Positions 1-12,446 of a DNA stretch of 64,000 nt are shown in pieces; positions within the stretch are counted from its first letter, which is position 1, and each line of letters starts with the position of its first letter. Source of the DNA: Ramazzottius varieornatus (taxonomy: Eukaryota; Animalia; Tardigrada); NCBI GenBank assembly GCA_001949185.1, contig BDGG01000007.1:1136730-1200729 (forward strand), read 5' to 3'. The translations under genes were made by a program, and so were the position numbers. A model generated the notes under the pieces. It ran no database searches, was not told the DNA's origin, and saw only the letters and a program-made list of their open reading frames with translations.

Positions 1-60
1 TGTACAACAACACAATGCCATTCTGGCCACAAGGGCGCACCGCTCCACCAATCAATAGTA

Positions 61-249
61 CACGCTCGAAGGGAAAGCTTGGAACAGTAAAAAGTTTGGA
101 ATAGGCGGACAAAACGGCAGATTTAACCGTAGAAAATCGTCCAAAAGTGCGTTGGTGTGAATTGCACATGAACGTACGAACTTCCGTTCCGCCGTTCCGG
201 GATCGTCTGTTCCAAACTTTTTGCTGTTTCAAACTTCTCTTCGAGCGTT
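61..249. mobile_element. MITE, TA-flanked (Tc1/mariner/pogo-type)
   Basis: Imperfect ~45 bp TIRs (ACGCTCGAAGGGAAAGCTTGGAACAGTAAAAAGTTTGGAA / TTCCAAACTTTTTGCTGTTTCAAACTTCTCTTCGAGCGT) with TA on both sides. The internal CCGTAGAAAA...AAAAGTG core resembles elements at 35657 and 56576. Confidence 0.75.
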
Positions 250-378
250 TACGCTGTTTGGGAGAGAACTCAATCCCGCTCAGGAGCACCATCCAGTGCA
301 CAGTTCGTTCAGCGACTTTGGCGACTAGTTGTGGCGGACCGATCCAGGTTGAGTCGATGTTTCGCACAGACGAGTTTA

Positions 379-701
379 AGCTCTGTTTCATACACAGATG
401 GGTGCTACTTTTAGCCTCCGACTGATTGACAGCTGACCGTTGATTGGCTGGTCTGCCGCGTGCTCACTACACGGGACGGATTCACGCGTACGACTGTGTG
501 GAGGATCGTACACACTGACGATCAGAGATCCTATCAGTTGATCTTCCCCGGGATGATCAAGAGCTGATCTTAACTTTCTAAAACGGTCAAGTTGACCCGC
601 CTCGCGAACTAAGAACTATGGCCGTAAAAGAATCCATAAAAGTATCGGACGGGTTGGCCAGGAGGCTAAAAGTACCACCCATCGGTAGATGAAACAGATA
701 T
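379..701. mobile_element. Internally deleted copy of the foldback MITE at 62304-62964
   Basis: 420-701 is a close match to the right arm of the 62304-62964 element. Only ~40 bp of the left TIR remains (CTCTGTTTCAT...TTTTAGCCTCC). TA flanks. Confidence 0.85.
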
Positions 702-1264
702 TAAGTGTATACCGCTGTAGTTGGCGACGTGAGCCAGCTTTTCCAGTTGAAAGTATTGCTGTATGCTCCGTTCTCTGTGACGAATGGGCAGTTCGGTGGA
801 GCCCACTGGGCGAAAGCCGGCGTGATAAGCACGTCGAGGTTAAAACGGACCACGTAATCGTGCAGTAGAGTAGGCAGCAGAATATTTCACGAGTCGATAG
901 ATGGAGTCGATGAAAGGATCCTCTTTCATTTTTTCGTAGATATCCGACTGATATACTGTGATTAGCACAGTACGAATTTATTACGTTTGGTCGCGCCGGT
1001 ACAGTCCATTAGTAGACACGCTGTTTCGTATCTGTGGAATTTGGACCTATTTTCCAGTCTTGGATTCGAGCATACTCCACAAGGATGCATTTGAAGGGTT
1101 CGGATGCATTGCGGCGAGGTATCGTGCTACGTCCAACCTGCAGCAACTCGAAAAGATTGGTGTTGCCAACGTTGAGGACCAAGTCAGTGCGCCACAAAGG
1201 CGGCTCGGTTTCAGAGATTTCCAGTAAACTTCGCATGCACCATTTCAGCTGATGACAATACGTA

Positions 1265-2579
1265 CACGCGCGACGAGATATTATGGACCAGTAAAAATAA
1301 GGGGACACGCGGAAAAGACGGCAAATTTATAGTTTGTATACAGGTTGATTCGAATTCTTCGGATCGTTTTCGAAACCCTACGGAAAAATCAGCAGCTATC
1401 TCCTTGCTACCAGAATTAACCCCCAGGTGGCTAGAGTATCCAACAATGAATCCTGGAAGTTTCACAGAGGTCGCGTGTATCTCACAAAACACGCACAGAA
1501 ATGTCTGAACTGCCTGGAAATCGATCAGTGATTTAGACGCCCCACATTTTCGCAGCTCAAATTAGTTTGCTTCTAAACGATAGTCTTTGAAACACTTCTG
1601 CTGATGCTATGTCATTCGCATATCTGTTGGCCTTGGGAAATATTCTTCTGAAATGTCGTTCCTTGCGTCGGACGTGCGACACTTCATTTCTGACTGCTGC
1701 AAGAAAAATTTCGTTTTTCTCGTATTTTTCGTTTTTAAGGAGACGGTAAACTTCGAGCTAGATTCTATTTGTAAATTTGACCAACCAGTTGTCCAACAAA
1801 GAATGTTCAGGACTATCATATCATTTCATACTTCAACCAAAAAATATCAAAATAAAATGTGAATTTTTGGTCGAGAAGTGACGGTTTTGCTTTTTTTATC
1901 TCCTCTGAGACCTCCAGGAAATTCCGCCCAGAACAGTTACATGCAGTCGATAGCTCAGAGAGCGATCTATCAGATAAGTGGTGAAACGATGAGATTGGAC
2001 GAGATGAAGTTTCTCTACCGGAAGCCAAAGACAGCTGATGGGTGTTTTCCGGGTAGTTTGAGTTCATTTTGATGTTTTCTGGGATATGAGTAATCCCCAC
2101 AAAACTTTCAGGGATCTTATTCGGATGCAAGAACTGCTTAGTTATTAAACCTGGAAGCAAGGAGATGCGTGCTTATTTTACTATAAGATTTCAAAAATAA
2201 TCAAGAAAATTAGAATCACCCTGTAAAAGTCTGAGACAGAAATCGGACAAATGACGTGAAGCAGTAAAATTCAGCCGAAGAAAATTGTGGTCTGTAGCCA
2301 TCAGCTGATCAGCTGTTTTACTCTAACGCTTCTATGCTGTGGTCGACTTTCTCCCGGAGGCCGGAGAAGCCTTGGACTGTTGAAGGTATAATGAAGATCT
2401 GAATGCTATAACATTAATATGACAAGCTTTAGCTCCTCGGTCCAATATCCAGCACGCACGTACAGCAGTGCAGCCTTCGATGTGGTTTTTACTTGAAGCA
2501 AGAATCACCTGCCCGTGCCGCCGTAGCGAATAGGCCTGGTCCGTAGTTACTACTGGCCCATAATATCGCATGGTTCGTG
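1265..2579 (+). mobile_element. Non-autonomous pogo-like DNA transposon (deleted, opposite-orientation copy of 36764-41929)
   Basis: TIR CACGC..ACGAGATATTATGG(A/G)CCAGTAAAAAT at both ends. 2232-2320 matches the reverse complement of 41753-41850, and 2440-2579 matches the reverse complement of 36764-36900. TA flank on the left, TG on the right. Confidence 0.85.
1341..2223. mobile_element. Mariner-type MITE nested in the 1265-2579 element
   Basis: ~80 bp degenerate TIRs beginning CAGG(T/G)TGATTC, TA target duplication. Host element sequence resumes after it. Confidence 0.75.
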
Positions 2580-3312
2580 TGCACTTCTGAGACACTGGAA
2601 AATATGCCACGATGACTCTAGTGAAAGACCGTTGGTGCACAGATTCCAAATCTCCCAATAAACATGTTACGATGTCCCCGACCGGTGCAACGACGTCGAG
2701 TTCGTAATGGGGGCCGGTAGTCCGTATTCTGTACACCAAGTTCGGACGGTACATTGTAATGGTCTTTACACGACCAGGCCAGTAAGAGTAAGAATCCATG
2801 CCTGTGCCAGCGTCATCGACTTTGTTCTTCCCTGCTAATTCAAGCAACAATGGTTGCCGCATAGTACTGAAATAACTGAGTTTGAACAACACGCACACGT
2901 GTTCTCAGAGCTTCTTGGAGAAGGAAAAAACAAATAAATTATGCCTTCAAATCAGCCTGGACTACGATACTACGATCCAATGTAGAGTCCCGCACAAAAC
3001 CATATTATGGGCCATATCCAGTCATAAAAAGACTCCATAACCGCTTGTCTGTTCTTTTCGCTCTGAAGTATCGTATTATGGGGAACGAAAACGGAGATCG
3101 GCTGGCGATATAGAAGCTTGCATATCGTAAGAATCGCGACGGAGATATTAGGTAACGAAGAACCACAGAGAATAAGTGGAGGGTGTCGGATAAATGGGAG
3201 GAGCTCGCAGAACGAAGAATGAATGTGAGAGAAACTTTGCCATCCGATGGTCATGGTCAAACGTGGCTAACTTGTACGTTCACATCGACTGAGTACGGGG
3301 GGACAGTCTCAA

Positions 3313-3423
3313 CTTTTCTAGCGCATACAACTTTGCTAGCATACGTCACGAGAAATTAGTACGCACTTTAAGCTTGGGACGCAGGGATGAGGTATGCTAG
3401 CAAAGCTGTATGCGCTAGAAAAG
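3313..3423. repeat. Short palindromic element/MITE
   Basis: 36 bp arms CTTTTCTAGCGCATACAACTTTGCTAGCATACGTCA / TGAGGTATGCTAGCAAAGCTGTATGCGCTAGAAAAG with two mismatches. Confidence 0.75.
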
Positions 3424-3649
3424 GATGGTCGGCAAATTTTCTCTTGCAATTTTCTCGGCAAATCGAAACCTGTTGGACTGTTCTTACAAGTGGCGCACGT
3501 TTCTATTGGTGGTCACCGATGGAGTGCGCTACTTAAGGTGTAGGTCTTCCAGGTCTCGTCTGCCGGACCCACAAGTTACAACTTGCTAACTTTTGCTACA
3601 GAAAGTATTTTTTGAGTCGTGCTCGGCTTCTGCTAAGATTTCCCAGTAA

Positions 3650-4036
3650 CTACTCACGTTGACTAATGAGCAGGATCACGTGCGGGTGGTGATACACCGG
3701 CTCAAGTGTAGGTTGTCGGTTGTGCGGCATCAGCGCCCGGACGTAGCACTGGAGATAACCAGGCTTACTGGTCCAAGCAAAGTAGGATATCCCGGCGTTG
3801 TTAGGGGCGTCTCTGAGCAGGGTGTTTCGTAGAAAGTCAGAAGGCACTGGCGTCCGCGAACCTGACCCCATCCAAGTTTGGTAACGCCATTCAATCAAAG
3901 CGTCGGCTTCGCCATGCAAATTCCGGTCGGAATTTCTTATGAATGGTATGGCGCGATGGAGGAACAGTCGAAGTTCTTTTCCGACGTCGCACTGGATCTC
4001 GTACCACTGGTCGTAAAACTGAAGCTTAACCGGCAT
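3650..4036 (-). CDS. Hypothetical 128 aa protein (orphan ORF or exon)
   Basis: ATG-initiated ORF with protein-like composition. No motif recognised. Confidence 0.3.
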   Translation of the reverse strand: MPVKLQFYDQWYEIQCDVGKELRLFLHRAIPFIRNSDRNLHGEADALIEWRYQTWMGSGSRTPVPSDFLRNTLLRDAPNNAGISYFAWTSKPGYLQCYVRALMPHNRQPTLEPVYHHPHVILLISQRE

Positions 4037-4698
4037 GAAGAAAGCGCATGGTTGACCACTACAGTTTTCGTCAATCCCAATGTTATCATAGACACCTGGA
4101 AATGAACACTAATGCTTTGTGTTAGCTCTTGCAGATAAAATTCTCAACGGAGTGTGTTTGGATCGTAACGCGGAGAGACCTTTGGAACCTAAACTAGGCA
4201 AACTTACCGTTTGCAAAGGCACCTCGAGCTGTCAAGTATCCGAACAGGATTGGTAGGACTACTGTCGAAATTATTCGAGCCGGGCAAACCATTCTACGCA
4301 TTGTCAATACTTGACTGAAACCAAAGACGAATCCTCATACGTGGCGAAACACAAAGTCGAGAGGATAAAGTTATCAAACGCATATACAGGAGAGCTGATC
4401 AACATGCAAGCAATCATGCATGTTGGCGGAAACACGTAAAGTTTTTCGTTCCAAATAAGGTTAGTGATTCCCATTGGTCACTAGTCGATCGCTCGTTGTA
4501 GACGCTTTCGGGACACGTCCTATGCTTGTTAGGGAGCGCGAAGGTCGCAGCAACGAAATCAAATTTTTCACTGACAACGCAGTGCACAAGCAGTTTAGAT
4601 ATTTTACTGTACATATGTGCAAAGTTCAGACTATAGAAGCTAGGACGTTGACGACGGAAATAAACCCGAGAACAACTTCGTTTTGGCCCATTGTTTGG

Positions 4699-7374
4699 TT
4701 AGCCCATCGTTTGGTTGAAATCAGCGAGACGTTGCAAGTCAGTATTCATACTTGTATCGCTCCATGCCGGCTTGTTGAGTACATCAAAGACCCACACACC
4801 CATCGTATGGACATTCACCACCAGTATCAAAATCGCCAGAATATTCAGCATGAACCCTGCTTTGATCATGTCCCAGATCTTAATGTATCCACAACCGAAA
4901 GCGATCGCATTGGGCGGGGTCGCCACTGGTAGCATGAAGGCGAACGAACAGGCAATGGTGGCAGGTATCATGAAGTACAGTGGATTCACGTCGGCAACTT
5001 CCGCCTGAAAATCATCCAAGATATTTGTCATACGTAGATGCAAACATGGAATATTATTGCAGCATTTTACCAGCTTGGCCAAGACGGGGAGAAAAATCGT
5101 AGCGATGGCTCCATTACTGGCGAACTCGGTCACAGTGGCAATGAGTAGTGAGATGACCACCACGATAGCCCAAGAAGGCAAATGGGCAAAGTAGAACATT
5201 TGTTCCTTCAACCAGTCGGTCAATCCAGAAGCCTGTAAACATTACATTCCAGAATAAGGGAGTCTCATTCGAATCGTCAAATGGGATGTCGGCAAACAAA
5301 ACGTGGAACGATTTTCATTCAAATGACGCACGCTTTCAGCCAGTACCAGTGATAAAGGCTTTTAAGTGCAATAGCGATCCTGTACTTCTCGTACGAATGC
5401 TCACCTGAGTGCCGTCAGCCAGAGCGATGGCGCCACCGAGCAGTAGGAAGACATCCCATGGGAACTTTCGCTTCATGGACTTCCACGTTAAGATCGCTGG
5501 TACGTTTCTCACACTGGATTCGAAGCCCCAGAGTCTGGAAGGCCAAATGAAGAAAAGAAAGGAAACCAAGATGGCCGGCGTGGCGTCCGTCACGTAGCCT
5601 TTCGGGAACCAGACCTCCCACCCTGGTATAAACTGGGGACTTCGGAACAACCAGGAAAAGACCAGCAGGACAAACAGGAACAATACGGACGCTTCACCAA
5701 AACTGGAACAAGAAAAATCGTCGCGTACTGCGATAACCCAGTTCCAGGCAAAGACTATAGTGGAGTACCTCATAGATCCCAGTTCGGCATACTGGCGACG
5801 AATAATATGGCTGATGTTTTGGCTGCCTTCCGCTTCAGTATCCGACACTGGATCGTCAGACACTTTCTTTCTTCCGCAAGCACAGCGAGTAACGAAGATC
5901 CATTGGAGCCACAACCAAGCCACAAACAGTGTAACTATAGCTCCGGGTACAGAGTATAGGAGAAAGGTGGCGAAATTGACACCAGTTGCTTGTCCATACA
6001 AGCTGAAGCGAAATATCAAATTTCTTCATTCTTACTGGTACGGTGAATCATCGAAACTTTCTGGCTTACGTATCGATTTGGCCTTTGAAGACGATATTTG
6101 GTAAAGTTCCCGTCAACGTTGCGGTCCCGCCAATATTCGCCGCGTACGCCACGGACAGGACTAACCCCTTCGCTATCCTCAGTTCATGCTGTGTTAAATC
6201 TTTAACGGAGAAAGGTTCATCCGCTTTGGCAAAATGTCCATCGGTCTGCTTTTCTTCCAGCGCATAATTTTCGTAGGCGCCACGGGGGTGCTTCTCGTCG
6301 GTCTCACGTGTGGCGTGAAACCTCTCGCCGTTGATGAGAAGTGGGTTCAAGGAAAGGGCGGTGACAGTGCCTTGCGTGGTCGTGGTGGTTGTAACAGTAG
6401 TCGTCTGCTTTCCGTGATACACCCCGTTAGAGTCTTGGGTAGTCGATAGGTTCTGTGACGTCACTGTAACCACGTCCGGATTATTGCGAGCGTTACCGCG
6501 CTTTCTTTCAAAGAGTTCCAAGACGACGGCTTCGGCTATAGGCGTAATCATCGCGGTAGTCGCTGCAGGAATTTCGGTCATTTCGGTGTCCTGCTTCCAA
6601 AAAGGTGATATCACATGTCTGAGTAGATAAACATTACCTGTATTGCTCATCCACATTGACAAGAAGCCGGAAATGCTCATAAATCCGAGCATTAACCTAC
6701 ATAACCAGAATGACGTTTTAAAATTCGGCAAGCTGGATGATTCGTCTGTACAATCGTTACTGTACGCTATGGAGCATGCAGCAGTACATGTAAATTTGCA
6801 CTGCGATAAACAAAATTTAGGGTGTATGTTTAGGGATTTGATTACCATCGGGGTTGTGATCCGACCCACAGCAATACTCGCAAGGCCATCCGCTTGTGAA
6901 GGTTGCTCTCTTCAACAGCCACCGCCACTATCAAGCTTCCCACGAATAGCATCACTGAATCCTACGAATCAAAACGTTAGTTCAGACCACTTGAATGCAT
7001 CCACTGCTCTCGTGGATTACTTATCAAGAGAAATACCTTGAAGTAATTCCGGCAGACGTCTTTGGATGGCTGAACTCCCATGAGAGGGAAGAGAATAACA
7101 GGCAGCAGAGAAACCACAGCCATCGGCACTACTTCCGTCAGCCAGAAGAAGCCCATCACCGCGATGACGTAGGCGCAACATGCTGGCTGGAATAAAAATA
7201 ACAGACAGGGTAGCAAAAACCCAGATTGGGAACTCGGTGCGCTGTTAAAAAGACGAAACAAATTCTTCGGACTCTCACCTTGGTCGGTACGAGCAGCGGT
7301 AAGGGAAGAAACAAAAGAGGTATTCCAATGACGAAGAATTGCCTCCAAAAGCGTCGTAACGGCCAGCAGGCCAT
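4699..7374 (-). CDS. SLC13 family Na+/di-tricarboxylate (or sulfate) cotransporter, Indy-like; multi-exon
   Basis: Exons carry family motifs [69 protein letters not shown] introns. ATG at 7374, TAA at 4699. Confidence 0.93.
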
Positions 7375-8027
7375 GCTTTGTCGAGATCCGCCCAAGGTGG
7401 CTCTTTTCGTAATCCGGGATCTTTCCGCTACATTTCGGGCTCATCTGCTACTATAAAGTGCTGCGGGAAGAGCACACGGACACGCACTGCATGAGATCGT
7501 TTGCTTCATTCAGATGAGAGCTCGAACAAGTGTCATCGGTACTACCGGGAGCAGTGAAAGTAAGAGCGATCGTCGCAGTTCCGCTGAAAGTGACAAGGTC
7601 ATAAAAAGTACGTTTGGATGGAGTGTTATCTTCACGGGTGATGGGTACTGTGACAGATAGCGCTTAACGGCTTTGGCTTGTGATCTGTATACAACCAGCT
7701 TACGGATAATGAAGACAACATACCTACTTCAGACCGACCGAGACACTTATTGTCTTGGTCAGTCAGTTATCTACTCGCCGTCAGTGTCTGCCGGAAGGAA
7801 GTACTCACAATGGCTCATCATGTATGCCCAGTGGTATTTGTTTCATATGCATTTACACGGATCCATCTCTGCACTGACCAAGGCCAACTGTGACTGTTTT
7901 TCATGGGGGTTGCATTAGTACAAACTGTAAGTTTACGATATAGGAGCGGAAATTGAATGAGCTATGAGTTACATGTTGGCTTCGAAAGTCCATTAAGGTG
8001 AAGGTGACTTGAATCAAGCAAATTGGT

Positions 8028-8490
8028 CTAAATTTTTCTCGTTAGCATCAGTGATAATTTTCGGACTTCTTCCGGACCACCGTCAGCAGGAGTTCGGTCT
8101 GGCTCCGTATTATAGTAGTTGGGAGAGTGGCAGTTTGGCGTCAGCCGGAGGTCTGGCACCTTGACGTTGTCCGCGCCTGCTCGCTTTCCATCACTCGTCT
8201 GGTACACTAGAGCATCATATGTGATCAAGATCCCCACCACCTAGACCAGCAATACTAGGTTAGCAAACGATCAGCTGGATATAATGCACTGCATTACGAG
8301 TAACGCCTGACATCTTGTACTCGTATCCCAGCAATGTGTTCCAGATTGATGCACGACAATCCAGTAGTCGACATGGCGCCAGCGGTTTTTTCGGTTCCCA
8401 AGAGAAAAGTTTGCGCGGTTAGTTTTAACCAGTTCGCAGCGCGACTCCGCCCGATGATGTTCCACGATCTCGGCAATTCTTCTGATCTCT
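8028..8490 (-). pseudogene. Gustatory receptor pseudogene, exons 2-3 (C-terminal part)
   Basis: AGAMSTTGLSCINLEHIAG and VVGILITYDALVYQTSD align with exons 2 and 3 of the intact receptor at 32583-35394 (TGTISAGGFALINMEYVAG; VFGALVAYGVVVYQASD). Frameshift in exon 2; donor GT reads AT. Confidence 0.75.
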
Positions 8491-9193
8491 GGAAAGAACA
8501 ACGCCATTTCACTCAGGTTGCACTGCATGGTTTGCCGGATCCCAGACTTTTGACGTGGAGATAGCGAGGGCGTCTTCGGATCTGCTTTGCTGTACTTTCG
8601 CTTATGGTGGGAACAGTGATCCGAGAGCCTTTCAACTTCGCTACCTTCTCGCGCGAAACGGACAAAATAAAAATTATCAAACGCATGCGTAAACTTTCCG
8701 GAGCGTTATTTCAGAGGCGGACCAGAATAAAAAACGTCCAAGGTAGAAACGTCTCGTAGCGGGGATGCATTACGTTTGTCGCACGACTACCATCCCGCAG
8801 TCTAAGGCGCCCAGGCGGTTACAAACGCTGGCTGCTTTCTGATCCATTGACGTCACACCGTAACGCTTACACCCATGGTCAGTCGAGCGAAGCGGCGCCA
8901 TTCTAAGTCCGTCAAGATTTCAATGGATGTCGCAAATAATGAAGCTTGCTGAAATCGCAAATACCGTCATGTAAAATAACGAGCCACGTGATGTGGGTAG
9001 AAGAAAGTTTCATTCGCAAATGGCAATCCCCACTCTGGTTGAGTGAACGCGACCCGAGCATAGTCAAGCAAAGATTGAACGTGCGGTCGCGCGACCATGA
9101 TCGGGTAGCGCCCACACTGCCTCACTCAGTTCGTTATGCCGGATACGTTGACAGCGGTCGCCGCCTTCTCGCTTCCGCTTTCAGGATGGCTTT

Positions 9194-11334
9194 CCTGGCT
9201 TGAATCGATCGAGCCTGGCTTGATTCAACACTTCTGTTTCGGGCAAGCGGCCATTCCGAATTTTGCTCCCTGGAACGTTTTGCTCTGCAGAAATCGATCA
9301 CTTTCTTGACCAACTTCCATAAGCTGTGTTTTGTGTATGGCTTGGCGAGATGACAAGACTTTGCTCTGGAGCTGAGAATGCCCTGTCCGACCGATGGGCA
9401 CGATAAAAACCGGAGGAATGGAGTCCAACTACCGTTCTGGTAATCTCGTTTGTTCCCGTCGCCTCGCGTGTTCTCGCCCGAGCTCGGTTCATCCACCTCA
9501 AGGTAAAGATCCTACTTTCTTAAGGCTAGAGATTAGGGCTTGTTTGACCATGAGCCGAAGAATCTGCAGACTATGCCGTTTGGAGATGTATGCAGGCTTG
9601 GTTGAGCTGGTTATGATAACCGTTGATTAATTGCTTTTACTTCTACCGCAGTTTTGCTTTCAGAAGTATTACGGCTACTCCTGAAACGGACAAGGGTCTC
9701 ATGAACTATTACCAATCAGGACGGAGAGCCGATCTGACGAGCGAGCTCGCGGTTCCATCAAGTAAGCAGTCTGACGCATAGCGTCAATCATTTTTAGGTT
9801 GATAGAATTCAGATATGAACTGGCGCGGATTCTGGCTGCCTGGNNNNNNNNNNNNNNNNNNNNNNNNNNNNNNNNNNNNNNNNNNNNNNNNNNNNNNNNN
9901 NNNNNNNNNNNNNNNNNNNNNNNNNNNNNNNNNNNNNNNNNNNNNNNNNNNNNNNNNNNNNNNNNNNNNNNNNNNNNNNNNNNNNNNNNNNNNNNNNNNN
10001 NNNNNNNNNNNNNNNNNNNNNNNNNNNNNNNNNNNNNNNNNNNNNNNNNNNNNNNNNNNNNNNNNNNNNNNNNNNNNNNNNNNNNNNNNNNNNNNNNNNN
10101 NNNNNNNNNNNNNNNNNNNNNNNNNNNNNNNNNNNNNNNNNNNNNNNNNNNNNNNNNNNNNNNNNNNNNNNNNNNNNNNNNNNNNNNNNNNNNNNNNNNN
10201 NNNNNNNNNNNNNNNNNNNNNNNNNNNNNNNNNNNNNNNNNNNNNNNNNNNNNNNNNNNNNNNNNNNNNNNNNNNNNNNNNNNNNNNNNNNNNNNNNNNN
10301 NNNNNNNNNNNNNNNNNNNNNNNNNNNNNNNNNNNNNNNNNNNNNNNNNNNNNNNNNNNNNNNNNNNNNNNNNNNNNNNNNNNNNNNNNNNNNNNNNNNN
10401 NNNNNNNNNNNNNNNNNNNNNNNNNNNNNNNNNNNNNNNNNNNNNNNNNNNNNNNNNNNNNNNNNNNNNNNNNNNNNNNNNNNNNNNNNNNNNNNNNNNN
10501 NNNNNNNNNNNNNNNNNNNNNNNNNNNNNNNNNNNNNNNNNNNNNNNNNNNNNNNNNNNNNNNNNNNNNNNNNNNNNNNNNNNNNNNNNNNNNNNNNNNN
10601 NNNNNNNNNNNNCTTGTACGCAGGTCTTCCAAATTGCAGTCGGAAAGGAACGTCTGTTACTAGCTTGTCTGTGCTTATTTGCTTGTACTATGCATATTTT
10701 GGAGTTGTCTGAGCTCCACGTGATGCGTCAGGATACACGATCTCCAGTTTTCCATATGCATGGCTTCCTCTAATCTTCTATGATCTTTTCGCTATATTTT
10801 GTGCAGTCGCAGACTCGTCGTGTTGTAGTGTTCCACGAGGTTTAGCGCGGTTTTGGTTGCATCTCGGTGAAATTAAGTTTTCTATCAGAAATCATGTTTT
10901 TCATCTCTGCTTCAGCTAGGAAAAACAGTCCAGTCTGTGCCGGAAGTAAGCCTGTTTTTTTACTCGAAAGAACAGCCAGTTCAGAGCTTTTCTAATATAC
11001 AATAAACACTAATCAGTGTTCCAGAACTGCCTGTTTTCGGACACAGAAAGAGCTGTTCTTGACAGAATGAAGATAGCGTTTTCTGTGTTTCTTTCCTTCG
11101 AATTTTGAGCCATCTGATGTTTGAAAACAGGCGTTTTTTGGATCCGGGCCGTTTATCGTTGGTCTTGCTGTGGCCTGTTGTCTACTCTCATCTGTCGCTA
11201 TAATAGGAAGTGATTTGTCCATCGTAGCGCCACCTGCAGGGGGGAAGAGAGAGACTTCGTTGCTTTTCGTTCGAATTTTCGGTTCGAAATCACAGGCCGC
11301 GTCGATGTAAGTTTAGGCAGAACTCGGCGAAAGG
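9194..11334 (-). repeat. ~2 kb unclassified repeat, copy 1 (contains N gap 9844-10612)
   Basis: Near-identical reverse complement of 21356-23272; the same short ORFs appear on opposite strands. Termini CCT...AGG. Confidence 0.92.
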
Positions 11335-12404
11335 TTTTCAAATTTCAAGCGCGTGGAGGGCGGAGCTAATCGTCGGCAGGCTTGTCCATGGCTGGATTAT
11401 TCCCTTAACTACAGTAAGCAGGAAGTTTTTCCCGGAAACTTTGAGGAATAGCGAAAAACTCTGAGGAAACTTGAGTAGCGATCATGATGAGTACGCATTT
11501 GATAGGTGAGAGGAAGACATCCAGGGTACTTTCCGCAGTTGACAGTAAGCTGGGCGAAAATAACGAACTCGTATGTAGCCGTCATAAGTGCAATGTGCAC
11601 CCTGCACGTATGCCTAGGAGGTAAAGGACATAATTCTGGCATAGCGGTTTACTATAGTTGTTTACGGCATAGTTTTACTCGTAATTGGGGCATATTTTTC
11701 CTCAGCTCCTGCTACCCGTAATGAACTGCTCTTTTATTTCTGAGGTAGACTGATCCATCTCCTCAAGGTTTCAATAGGTTTGAGAACGGCAAAGCGTTGT
11801 GGATCACGGGAATTTGGTCTGGGTGGGAGATGGTAATGTTGTATCAACAGGCGTACGATGACGGATGAATCAAGCGCTAACGATAATGCTCATACTATTC
11901 GCGTTGCCCGAATTATGTCGTTAACCTCGTACCACTTCTGCCGGCAGTTTTAGGAATAAGCGCAATGTGTACATTGCAGTCGCTGGCCCACTTACGACGG
12001 CTACAGACGTATCATAAGTTCAGACAGCACAATCCTTTACCCCCACTGGGGTGCCGCTGGTCAAATGAGTTGGTTATCAACATTTTATTTTGGCAGCGTA
12101 CTCCAGCCTCGTTTCAGGAGGTTTCACGCCTCACGAATTGTTACAGAATAGAGAGATCCAAATTTCGGATCACAGTATAATCACTCAGTGACTATTGTTT
12201 ATCAAAAAATGTTCAATTTTCTCAGATTGCATCTCATCGGAGTGTCCGCTGTAATCCGAGGGTGGGACATCCGTTCCGACTTTTCCGAAATAAAATAAAG
12301 AACTCGGAACCCTTCGAACCTCCTCGACGGTTGGTGTAGTGGCCGGAAGCAGAACCATAGCCGCCCTTAGCACCTCCGTAACTTCGATCACGAGCAGCTG
12401 AGTA

Positions 12405-12446
12405 GCTAGCCGCTTTGCTAGCCGGTTTGACTAGCCGGTTTGACTG
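12405..12446. repeat. Short tandem repeat (~12 bp unit CTAGCCGGTTTGA)
   Basis: ctagccgctttg-ctagccggtttga-ctagccggtttga seen directly. Confidence 0.6.

Larger units (their letters stand above)
1009..2862 (-). pseudogene. Orphan protein gene interrupted by the 1265-2579 transposon
   Basis: Removing 1263-2579 joins ORF 2898-2580 (...RVIVAYFPVSQKC) in frame to ORF 1262-1009 (TYCHQLKWCMRSLL...KQRVY*), giving ~180 aa. The 5' end is uncertain. Confidence 0.55.

Noticed and set aside
9784-10773. Long ORFs of 280-320 aa (also at 21771-22682 and 57439-57807)
   Set aside because: They consist of X residues translated from N gaps.
11013-11222. Identical short ORFs recurring at 21468 and 22836-23395
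   Set aside because: Identity only reflects the duplicated repeat; no protein motif recognised.
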